From: Carcharhinus longimanus
Lineage: Eukaryota
Direction: 5' to 3'
Assembly: GCA_030264375.1 (NCBI GenBank)
Contig: JASCQW010000001.1
Coordinates: forward strand, 94,740,575 to 94,804,574
Length of the DNA: 64,000 nt
Positions within the stretch are counted from its first letter, which is position 1. Every line of letters begins with the position of its first letter. Below the pieces are notes generated by a model that saw only the letters and a list, made by a program, of their open reading frames with translations, was not told where the DNA came from and did no database searches. The translations under genes were made by a program, and so were the position numbers. Positions 37,386-48,217 of this stretch are shown here, in pieces.

Positions 37386-37726
37386 CCCCATAAACCTGAG
37401 GTCACCAAAACTCTGTTCTCTGTTACATTTAAAAATCCAATATAAGTACAAATTATTTTATGTAATGTGGGAAGTCAAAACTGATCCTGCTGCGTTGCCA
37501 TTTAAATTTTTTTCATACTTTTAATCAAATGTTTTGTTGGTCAGTTCTGCCCATGTTGCCTACATATTATATAGGTATAAATAAAAATATTAAAATGTTG
37601 TCTTTGTTATTTGAATGCATCCTCTACCTACAATGTGCCACCAATTAGCACTATGTATCTGATCCTGGAGGACATATTGTGAATAGTTTTACAGTTGATG
37701 TTGCCCTGGGAACAAATGGATGTTTT

Positions 37727-37807
37727 GTGTGTGTGTGTATTATATGTTATATATACATGCGCGCGCACACACACGTATGTGTGTGTGTGTGTGTGTGTAT
37801 ATATATA
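37727..37807. repeat. Compound (TG)n/(TA)n/(CG)/(CA) microsatellite running into a gap
   Basis: tgtgtgtgtgtgtattatatg...gcgcgcgcacacacacgtatgtgtgtgt...atatata. Confidence 0.9.
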
Positions 37808-39424
37808 NNNNNNNNNNNNNNNNNNNNNNNNNNNNNNNNNNNNNNNNNNNNNNNNNNNNNNNNNNNNNNNNNNNNNNNNNNNNNNNNNNNNNNNNNNNNN
37901 NNNNNNNAATCTTAAATTGTATCCATTGTGACTTTGCCACTAGAAATTTGGAATTGATGCTACAAAATTTGAGATATTTCCAATGATGTGTAATCTAATT
38001 TTTATTGTTACTAAAATTCTAGCATGGGAAATTGCAATGATGATTGCTTTGCTTTCATCCAGAAGGATTAATAAACTCTGATACCTCATGGTGAGGTCAC
38101 ACCACCTTTGATACAAAAACTGAGAAAACAATATTCTGATTCATAGCAATGTGCTCCAATGTAGTCTGAGGATTGCATGTTACAATTCTGCATAGGTGAT
38201 TTGCCTTCCCCTATATTCACATATCACCACACAAATCAATTGTGAAATTCTCCATTCTCATTGCTAGAAGAAATTCTTTGTTTGAGGAACTAAGGCAAAT
38301 AAAACAGGTAAACGTTTTCTGCTTTTACATTAGGAATGTCTTACAAATTGAAAGAACATAAACTTTTGGAATTGATCTTGCATTTGAGATCCAACGTGAG
38401 ATTTTTAAAAATTGCAGCAGCTTCATTGTTGCTTGGATACATTTCAGAAGATATTGTCTTGGAGGGGTTCCATATTGTTACCAAACATGGTTTGCATTGA
38501 CTTAGATAATAAATGATTTGCAATTAGCCCGGATTGTTTTTTAACTTGTGTTTCGTAGCGAGCTGCCTGCTTCCTTCAGAATACCAAGTTTAATTCAATG
38601 GCACACTGGAGCAGTGAAATTAAGTACTATTGAATTTTGTGTCAACCTCTGAAGCCTCAAAATCCCTCCTAAAATGAGGTCAGCCGCCTTTTGAGAGATT
38701 GCTATTCACCACGCAGGATCCGCTCTGTGGGTGTGCCTTAAATTCCCGTGCATTTTCACTTTCTTGATCTCTTGCACCCAATTATAAGATCTTGTTTAGT
38801 AAAACATCCATTTGTAGGGTGAAAGATTGAGGCTGACTGCTAATGTGAGTATAGCATATTGTGGCTGACAGGTGGCAGGAAGGTTGGGTGGATGGTGTCC
38901 GTCATAACAAAGTGTATGCAGAAGCATTTTTGGGTTGAAAAAAGGGGTTGCCTTCAATGTCAGGTCAACTTGTATGCCACAATCTATGGTAAACAAAGTG
39001 TCTAACTTATTCCAGTGTTCTGCTCTCATCAAAGAATTAAATATTGAGCCATTTCCCTTATCTGTCTAGTTTTGCAGAAATTAATGGTCTGAAATTTCCT
39101 GGAATGCCGTGTCATTGTGGATGTTATCATTTTAGATTCTCAAAGCTTATTTCAGGTAGTGGGACCAGTTAGATGTTGTACCAAAGCATAGTCCCAATAA
39201 AGTGACACAAATTTTAGTGATTTGCACCATTTCATACAATGGCAAGAGTTCCACCTGGACTTCCCAATGGAGATGCCTGTGGAACCAGGGCATCCTGATC
39301 ATTGTGCCCCTGTTAGGAGGCACGGTGCCTGTGGTTAGGCACAGTTGTTCAGCTAACGTTCTCCCAATCACCTGCATTAATCAGCTAAATAAAGTTGCAA
39401 AGAATGTCTTAAGCATTAGAAGCA

Positions 39425-39970
39425 TAATGGATAGTGGCAGGAGGAAGCCATTTGGCCTTTTGATCCTGCTCCGCCATTCATCACAATCGTGGCTGACTAT
39501 CCAACCCTGCTTTCTCCCCATAACCTTTGATCCCATTCGCCACAAGTGCTATATCTGGCCGCCTCTTGAATACATTCAGTGTTTTGGCATCAACTCTTCC
39601 CTGTGGTAAGAGGATTATTATTTAAAGGGCGAAAAGCTGCAGCATGCTACGGTGCAGAGGGACCTGGGGGTCCTTGTGCACGAATCGCNNNNNNNNNNNN
39701 NNNNNNNNNNNNNNNNNNNNNNNNNNNNNNNNNNNNNNNNNNNNNNNNNNNNNNNNNNNNNNNNNNNNNNNNNNNNNNNNNNNNNNNNNNNNNNNNNNNN
39801 NNNNNNNNNNNNNNNNNNNNNNNNNNNNNNNNNNNNNNNNNNNNNNNNNNNNNNNNNNNNNNNNNNNCCCCTGGTTCTGGACTCCCCCACCGTTGGGAAC
39901 GTCCTCCCCGCATTTACCCCATATAGTCCTGTTAGAATTTTATAAGTCTGCATGAGATTCTGCCTCATTA
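39425..39970. mobile_element. CR1 fragments in both orientations around a gap
   Basis: Minus-strand tail at 39430-39607, plus-strand VQRDLGVLVHES at 39650-39688, and minus-strand LMQTYKILTGL..V.AGRTFP after the gap. Confidence 0.7.
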
Positions 39971-41486
39971 AGCCGTGGATTGATCATCTTGGGACTGTAA
40001 ACCCAAGGAATGCAATGCAAGACAAGACTACAACAAGCCATTGAATTTTTAATGAACAGAAAAAAAAAGCTCGTAATCATCAAATAGCAAGTTGTGTTGT
40101 AAACTTTTGCCCTGACGACTCCATCCTGAAAACTTCAAGAAGATCGAACAGTTATAAAGTAGGTAGATATGATGAGGTCTACATGCCTCAGCACCCAGCT
40201 ACATTCTTGGACAGCAGTCCTGAGAATGACCTATTAACGACGCACTGGCTGCATTTAAGCATTGTCAAAAAATAGCCATGGTATGAAGAGACAGTATTAG
40301 TGACAAGTTAATTATCAGGATGTACGTAGTTATTGTGCCCAAGTGAAAGGTTTCCTATGACAGCATTGTAAAAGTACACGTTTTACTGATTTTTTTTTTC
40401 TTAAATGCAACAAATGGGTCTGACTTCAATCCGCCCAAAAACAGCATAAAAATGCAAAGTGCAACCATTCACTCACTATTTGCAATGCTGTGTTCAAAAG
40501 TGTGGTTGAGGGTAAGAAGGAGCAAGAGGAAGTAGCCTCTACCGGCAGGAATTCTGTTCTCTGGTGACACCACAATTCATCTCTAGGCCTGGGTGAGCCT
40601 TGTACCCATTTTTACTGAGCTACAAGTCTGACATACTGATGGGGATTAGTTGACAGCCTAATGCCATTCCAAAACAGCATGGGGTAGAGTTGTTTTTGGC
40701 TCCTTATAGCCATCTCTTGCAATAGAGCTGCTGATGTAGGGATGAGCCCTGAATTGCCTGGTCTCATTTGTATGACTGGCAGAGTCTTGGAAAGAAGCCA
40801 TGGCCTCGGAAGTGCTGCCCTTTGAACTTCATTTGCACGTCTCTGTGATCAAGTTAAATCATTTTAAGAATAGAGCAGATACTTAACCAAACTTGACTTA
40901 CAAAGGCCTTTGTTCTGAACTTTCCAATCTTGTGATTGGTAACCAGAGCAAGTTATTTGCTGCACCACTGAGGTTGTCTGCCATAAACTTGGTGTGATGA
41001 ATCAACATGCATCAAGACTCCCTGGAAAATTCATTTTAATAACTGGAAGATTGGAAAGCTCAGTTACATGATTTTGCAGTATAAGTTGCACATTTTGCTG
41101 TTTTCTGGAAAGTCTAGTGCATTGACTTTCCTTTGTTTTCTAAGAATAATTGTACTGCTATCCATCTGATTTGTAGGAATGAATGATTAGTAAAGGGCTT
41201 TATGCAGTACCTAAAATGCCATTCACACCTCATGTCTCAAGATTATTCACTGTAAAACTCTCAGTCATTAACTTTAACTATATGTTAGTTGTATAGAAGA
41301 TCTCTTGCATTTGAAAAATACATTTTAAAACATAACTATATTGAATATAAAATTGTGCTGTAGGACTATCATTTCAGTCTTTGTGCCCAAATAATTCTAT
41401 CTGTTAGTTTTTTGTAGTTACAAAAAATATATTTGATTTGTGCTGTATAGTAGATTAAAATGTTTTTGCACTTGTTTTATTTGAAG

Positions 41487-41566
41487 ACTGTGAACCAGAA
41501 GAAGTGACTGACTGGTCTATGAATGAAAACTGTTCATTTTGCTGCATAAGAAGAGAAAAAGTCAAG
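41487..41566 (+). CDS. LCORL: LCORL coding exon (equivalent to human exon 3), 80 bp, phase 1-0
   Basis: ttttatttgaag|AC TGT GAA CCA...GTC AAG|gtaagt translates to (D)[26 protein letters not shown], compared with human DCEPEELTDWSMDEKCSFC. Frame is continuous with the previous exon. Confidence 0.95.
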
Positions 41567-41741
41567 GTAAGTCCAAAAACTACATAAGTGACTTGTTAAA
41601 ATAATAGCTTTAGCTATCTCCTTTATTTATCTTATTTTAATCAGACATACACCTATATCTTGAGGTCAGATCTTTTTAATTTAAAATAATACCGCACAAA
41701 ATTCAGTTCCAATTTTTAATCCAGCCAATTGAGAAACATTA

Positions 41742-42450
41742 AGAATATAAGAATTAAGAGCAAGAGTAGGCCATTTCAGCCCTTTGAGCCTTCTGTGCCA
41801 TCCAATGTGATCATGGCTGACCTGATTGTGGCCTTTCCTGTCTGTATACAATCCTTGAACAAAAATCTAACTCAACCTTGAATATATTCAATGACTCAAG
41901 CTCCACTGTTCTTCCTGCCAACGTGGGTGTGTTCACATTTTCTCACACTATACTCCATCTGCCAAATTTTTACTCACTGATTTAATCTATCTGAATCCCG
42001 GTTCTTAAGTCCTCTTGTCAGCTTAATTTTCCACCTATCATTGTGCCCTCTGCTACCATACTTTTGGTCCCTACACACACATATTTGACACAGGTTGTGA
42101 ACAGTTGAGGATCCAGCACTGATCACAGTGGTGCTCCATACATTACATCTTGCCAACCTGCAAATAATTTATCCCTAGCCTCTGCTTCCTATAGTTAACC
42201 AATCCCCTAACCATGCTAATATTGTACCCTGCCTGCCCCTTATCCATGTTGTTTGTTACGTTCTGAAAGAACGTGAATAGATTAATCAAACACTATATTT
42301 CCCTTCCACATAATTGGGCAGAATCAATATGATTTAATTATGACTTCCTAAATATCCTGCTATTAACTCCTTAATAATGGATTCTAGCCTTTTCTCTGAG
42401 AAATATTAGGCTAGCTGGCCTATCGTTCCTGCTTTCTGTCTTTCTTGAAC
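41742..42450 (-). mobile_element. Old CR1 fragment just downstream of LCORL exon 3
   Basis: Tail aagaatataagaattaagagcaagagtaggccatttcagccctttgagcc, then atactccatctgccaaattttt (RT remnant). Confidence 0.7.
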
Positions 42451-43659
42451 AACATTTGACAGAAATAGTTAGACATGACAGCGACAATACACTTTGCTTG
42501 GCAGTGGGTTTTCCAGAGATTGTAAATGTGCTGCAGAATCTTTTGTGCGTGCACATCAGGCAGAAACTTTAGTTGAATGGTACAGCTGGAGCTAATTTGT
42601 AGAATCATAAGCAAAAGATGTGCATTTATTATCCATTTTGACATATATGGCCTTTCCCATTTCCATTGAGATGCCATTTTTGAAGAACAGGTGAGATTTG
42701 TGTCACGCAGTAGAAAAACTTGTTAGATTCAATATTGAATTCTTTTGAAATTCATTCTACCATTGAGAATGACGAGTTAATCTAAATTCAAGGATCTCAG
42801 CTTGAATATGCTAGCCATGGAGTTTTAGATTTCTCAAAACTACTGTGAACTTGTAGCTTATGGCCTGCTCCACTCTGACCTCAAACTAATTCACAAGCTT
42901 GCCTAATGCAATAGTGAAGGTGAGAATTTCAGCTCCCAAGAAGTGATTTCCCTCATAGGGTATGCTTCAGTGTGGCCTTGCTGGATGCTGTAGTAAGAGT
43001 GTGAAGGACATGCGAAGATCAAGTGGTTCTGTGACTGGAAGGTATACCCACACAATCTGTCAAAACCAAGCTGTTCCAGTGTCTGCGATGTTTTAAAAAG
43101 TCAAATGAAAATCATAGTTTATGTTAGATTAATTTGTTTAAAAATATTTAACAATCATAACTTTTTTTAAGTTGGATGAAAGGCATCTAAATGTGATATG
43201 GTGAAACATTTTAAGTCTTAAATCCTGTTTAAAATACCATTTACATTAAAACATTTTATGAAGTCAAGCCAAATCTTGTTAGCTGCCTTTCAACATTGAA
43301 AAGTCTGGTCAAGAGTTGAAAAATCTGTCCCACAGCTGTCCTGGGATTTTCTGGTGGCAGTGTCCTTGAATATTTGTGAAATGCAAGAATGCATGAAGTA
43401 ACACCTTTAAAAAGTATATATATTTTTGACAAAGTAACTTGTTAGTGGGCATCAGTGCAAATGCTCATTACTGCTGTCTTGTTTTGATGCTCAGGTTAGT
43501 GAGTGATACAGCATAATCTCCACTGCAGCAAAGATAGGCTCACTGTAACTTCTGGGTTTGCGCTCTGCTTTGCTGCATGCTACATAAGTTCTTGGGACTT
43601 CTTATTGTGCAATCGTGATGATCACTGAAAGCATCACCATCATTGCCTCTGCAAATTTG

Positions 43660-44040
43660 GGACTTTGGTTTTGAGCTACTAAACTCGATCAGTGTCATCC
43701 TCACGCCTCTGAGTTAGAAGTTGAGAGTTCAAAATGCATTTCAGTGCAAACAGATATATGTAACTTGGAGTGCTGAAGGAGTGTTGCGTCATTGAATGTG
43801 TCAACCTTCAGTCAAGGCATTGAATTGAAGCCTCAAACCCCTTTCTTCAGGTGGATGTTGGCAATCCTGTAGTAATATTTTCTGAGTAATAAGCAGTTGA
43901 CCTAACCAACATTCCTCTCCTAGCCATCGCGCACATACTGCTTGTGGGTTCTTGTTTTGCATAATGGCTCCTGCATTTGCCTATGGAAAGTTGTTGCATG
44001 GCAATGTAATTTTTATATGTGAAGCACTATTAAAAAAAAT
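43660..44040 (+). mobile_element. DeuSINE (SacSINE1-like), decayed
   Basis: cgcctctgagttagaagttgagagttcaaa...tcaggtggatgttggcaatcctgt...ctgcttgtgggttcttgttttgcataatggctcctgcatttgcc. Confidence 0.6.
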
Positions 44041-44690
44041 GACGCATATGGACTGCAAAGAGTTCAAGATGATCCATCGCCAATTTCTGTTGCCCAAGAT
44101 GGGCAACAAATTCCAATGATTCCCATATTCCAAGAAGTTTGTTTTTCTTTCATCCATCTTCCACCACTACCCATTTCATTCAATTTCTTGCTGAGATCTG
44201 AATAAATGTTGTTCTTAAAATTTCACTTCTGCCATTTGAAAAAACAGCTGTTATGAAGTGTGGTTATTCTAACTTCTATCACAGTAGGCAAATATATGAA
44301 GAAATATGAATGCAGATCTCATCAAACGGTGCTTGGCACATGCTGGTCTCTAATCTGGCACACCAATGTCAGCTTGCCATTTCTAAATTTAAGTTCAATT
44401 AAATTTTCATATTCTCAGATCTGCAAGTTATTTTGGAACAAGGAAGAGAGAAACATTAGCTACGTGATCTGCTCAGTAATAGCAATTTACTGCATAGAAT
44501 TGACAGTCCGGTGCAGGAATTTTTTAATGTATTTTTAAACTTAGAAGTAAGCAAACTCTGTGTACACACCTACTTTGTATACACCTATTTCATCTGTCTT
44601 CAGAATGTTTTGTAATCTATTCAATTGTTTTAGAACTGGTCTACTTTAGGGCATGATTTGTTTTATTTTTATAAGTAAAACTTCTTACAA

Positions 44691-44985
44691 GGGCAGCACA
44701 GTGGCAAAGTGGTTAGCATTGCTGCCTCTCAAGACCAGGGATTCGGGTTCAAGTCTGGCCTTGGAGTCACTGCCTGTGTGAATTTTGCACGATCTCCCCA
44801 TATCTGCATGGATTTCCTCTGGGTGCTCTGATTTCCTCCTACATTCCAAATATGTGCAGGTTAGGTTGACTAGCCATGCTAAATAGCCTCTTCCAGGGAC
44901 CAGCAGGGTAAATATGTGGGGTTACAGGGTTAGGACTTGGATGGATTGTTGGTGCCAACTAGATGGGCTGAATGGATTCTGTGAA
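44691..44985 (+). mobile_element. HE1 SINE
   Basis: gggcagcacagtggcaaagtggttagcattgctgcctc...gggttcaagtc...tttcctcctacattccaaatatgtgcaggttagg. Confidence 0.85.
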
Positions 44986-45029
44986 GCATGGTAGCCTAAT
45001 GTTGCTTAATTGTGCAATCAAAAGAGAAA

Positions 45030-45555
45030 ATGCTGGAAAATCTCAGGTCTTGCAGCATCTGTAATGAGAGAAAAGAGCTAATGTTTTGAGTTCAGATGAC
45101 CCTTTGTGAAAGCTGAAAGCCATAGAAAGTGGGAGATGCGGGGTGAGGGAATGAAATACTGCGGGGTGAGGGAATGAAATATGAGCCATAGCCACAGAAA
45201 CCAGGAGAAAAGGCTGCTAATGGCAGTCCATAGATAGAATAAAGGGTGTGAATGGCCTTTTTCTAAATTTAACCCCTCCTCCCTCCCCATCTTCATCTGT
45301 CACAGCTTACTCTCACTGATTTCAGCTTTTCTGCCGTTTGGTTGTTCACACCCTTTATTTTCTCTATAGACTGCCATTAGCTACTTTTCCCCTGGTTTCT
45401 GCAGCTGTGGCTCATGTTTCATTCCCTCACCCTGCAGTATAAATATCTCCCATTTTCAATGTCTTCTGGCTTTCACAAAGGGTCATCTGGACAGGAAATG
45501 TCTGCTGTTTTCTCTCCTTACAGATGCTGCCAGACTTGCCAAGATTATCCAGCAT
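45030..45555. mobile_element. Penelope-like element with inverted pseudo-LTR arms (about 220 bp each)
   Basis: The left arm 45030-45257 is the approximate reverse complement of the right arm 45340-45555 (e.g. cagatgaccctttgtgaaagc / gctttcacaaagggtcatctg). Confidence 0.8.
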
Positions 45556-45825
45556 CAGCAATAATTTGCTTTTATCCAGTTATTAATTTGTCAGCCTGCA
45601 GAATTTGAAAATCACCAATCATAGGAGAACAGCGCTTCACCTGTTGGAGTGAATAATGTGCATATTCAAGTTATTTTACCAAATATACTCAATTTCACAA
45701 TTATTCCTTTGCATTTTGCATTTTCAGCCATTTATTTACCAATTCAGCTGCATTGGATGCCATTGTGGTGGTGATCCTCTGTTTGCTGTTTTGCTACTTT
45801 GGACCTCTACCTGTCTCTTATTACA

Positions 45826-46220
45826 AAGAACACAGAAAATTTACAGCGCAGGAACAGGCCCTCCGGCTCTCCAAGCCTGCACCGACCATGCTACCCGACT
45901 TAACTAAAACCCACTACCCTTCCAGGGACCATATCCCTCTACTCCAATCTTAATCATGTATTTGTAAAGATGCCTCTTAAGATGCACTATCGTATCTGCT
46001 TCCACTACCTCCCCGGCAACGAGTTCCAGGCACCCACCACCCTCTGTGTTTAAAAAAAAAACTGCCTTGTACAACTCCTTTAAATCTTGCTCCTTGTACC
46101 TTAAACCTGTGCGCCCTAGTAATTGACTCTCCCACCCTGGGAAAAAGCTTCTGGCTATCCACTCTGTCCATGCCTCTCAACCTTGTAGACTTCTATCAGG
46201 TCTCCCCTCAACCTCTGTCA
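45826..46220 (-). mobile_element. CR1 LINE 3' end
   Basis: ORF 45977..46180 reads MRGMDRVDSQKLFPRVGESITRAHRFKVQGARFKG; tail aaagaacacagaaaatttacagcgcaggaacaggccc. Confidence 0.85.
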
Positions 46221-48084
46221 AGACCTACTATTAGCAACATCAGTAATTTCTTTGATCATTTAATAACACACATCAATACTTTATTGTGAATACAGAGTTG
46301 GTTGGCATTTTGTTGTTTCAGAGCTGGTGACCTGTATGAGATCCATAACTGTATGTAATGCAGCTTCTTCTGAAAATTTAAAATGCTGAAAGTAGTTGTT
46401 CGCGAATTCTATTTTTGTTACAGGCACTAACATAAACTCTATAGTTGTCAACAATGGAGACTCGTGTTGCAGCATTTCTGATAACTTGTTTAAAATTCTA
46501 CTATTAATTTGAATGCAGGTCTGATGAGATGTTAGACAGAGATTAAGATTCAGAAAAGACACCTGAGCAGACTACTTTTGACAATGAAAATCAATTTGGA
46601 GATTCCAGTGTACTCAGACAATAACTTGTATGCTCATGTGAGCTTGGCATCAGGTGGCTGGTGAGAACGACATTGGGAGGCAGGATAGGCTGTTTGCTTG
46701 ATGTTTCTGCTGGCATGACATTGAACAAAGAAGAGGTTAAGAGACCATGTCCTTTCAGTATAGATGAGAAAAGAGACAAGTGGGCAGTCAGTAGATTTTT
46801 TTAAACAAATGTTTTTCTTTTGAGAGCTAATATTGAACTTCAGAGCATTCTTTTCATAAAAAGGTCCACTTCATTTGCCTTCAAGTTGACTTCAGTTTTA
46901 CAACAAGGTAAATTTTCAAAGTACTTTTGTAACTACTTTTTGACATTTTCTATGGGACTATTGCATAATCAGTCCCTCCAGGTGTGGATTTGAAATTGAT
47001 CTTGTGATGCTTTTGGAGTAAAGGAAGAAATGGGACAGAAATGCGAGAAACAAAATTAAGGGTCATAAAATAGAATTCTATTTTTACCTAAGCCTATATT
47101 TGCATGATGTAAGGAATCTGTTATATTTTAGTTTAATAAGAAAAGCAGTATTGGGTCTAGTCCTAGGAAATTTATTGGGTGTTGTAAGGACTATGGGGAA
47201 TCAGCGACCATAACAATTTAAAATATGAACATGTGAAGAAATGGCAGTACTCGACTGAAAATCTCAGTTGTACTGAGAACTATCCTAAACAAAAGTTAAC
47301 AACATAGTTGATAATCAATGGAAAATACTCAGAGGATATGATTAGGATAGATCTCATTAGTAAAGACTGTAGTACCTTGCATGACTAGCAAAATTAATAT
47401 GTGACAGATTGGTCTATTTTGTTTTTGATTTTTTTTTTAAATTTAACTCCAATCAAAAATATAAGTTTAAAAAATGATGTGGGCAACTCACTACAAGTTA
47501 CAAGAAGTATAAAGTAAAGGAATAGTTTAAAAAAGACAGGACTGATGAGATGTGAGAATGAAGGAATGTTAAATGAGTGTTAATTTTCAGAGTAGAGTAT
47601 AGGCTACAAATGGAGCCTGGAGCAGTTTGGACTTGAAAGATTGAAGAAACTTAAGTAGAAAAGGCACTAGACCAGGATGGTGTGCATCATAGAACACACA
47701 GATCAAGAAGAAATAGTGGGGAGATTCTGGTCACAATTTTTCAAACATCCTTGAACTTGTATTGATACCTCCAGAGAACTGAAGAATAACCAATCCAATT
47801 TAGCCCTTTCAAAAAGGGCTAAAACCCGATAAAACTACAGATGTGTCTAACATGGAAGATAAATTTTTTATGCCATGATGTGTTGAAAATAATATTTAAT
47901 TGAGGATTCATAATTGTAAATTAACTTTATGCTGGGATTTGGAAATTTTGGTTGTTTGTATTCTATCATTAGCACTAGCTTTTAGTAATGTTATGGTCCC
48001 AATATTTTGACTGTGAAACTTAACCTTTTCTTCCATTTGGTTTATCTCAAAATATTTCTGTACACAATTCGTTACTGTTTCTAG

Positions 48085-48217
48085 GATCATATCTCGTCTG
48101 TGAGTGCACCTACAACACTGACATCTACTGAGGAATCTCTATCTCAGGGGCAGTCCCACACTGAAAAGCTTGAATGCCAAGCAGACAAGTTTCTTAATGC
48201 TATCTTTCACAAAAAAG
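48085..48217 (+). CDS. LCORL: LCORL coding exon (equivalent to human exon 4), 133 bp, phase 0-1
   Basis: tgtttctag|GAT CAT ATC...CAC AAA AAA G|gtataa translates to [44 protein letters not shown], compared with human [30 protein letters not shown]. Confidence 0.95.
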
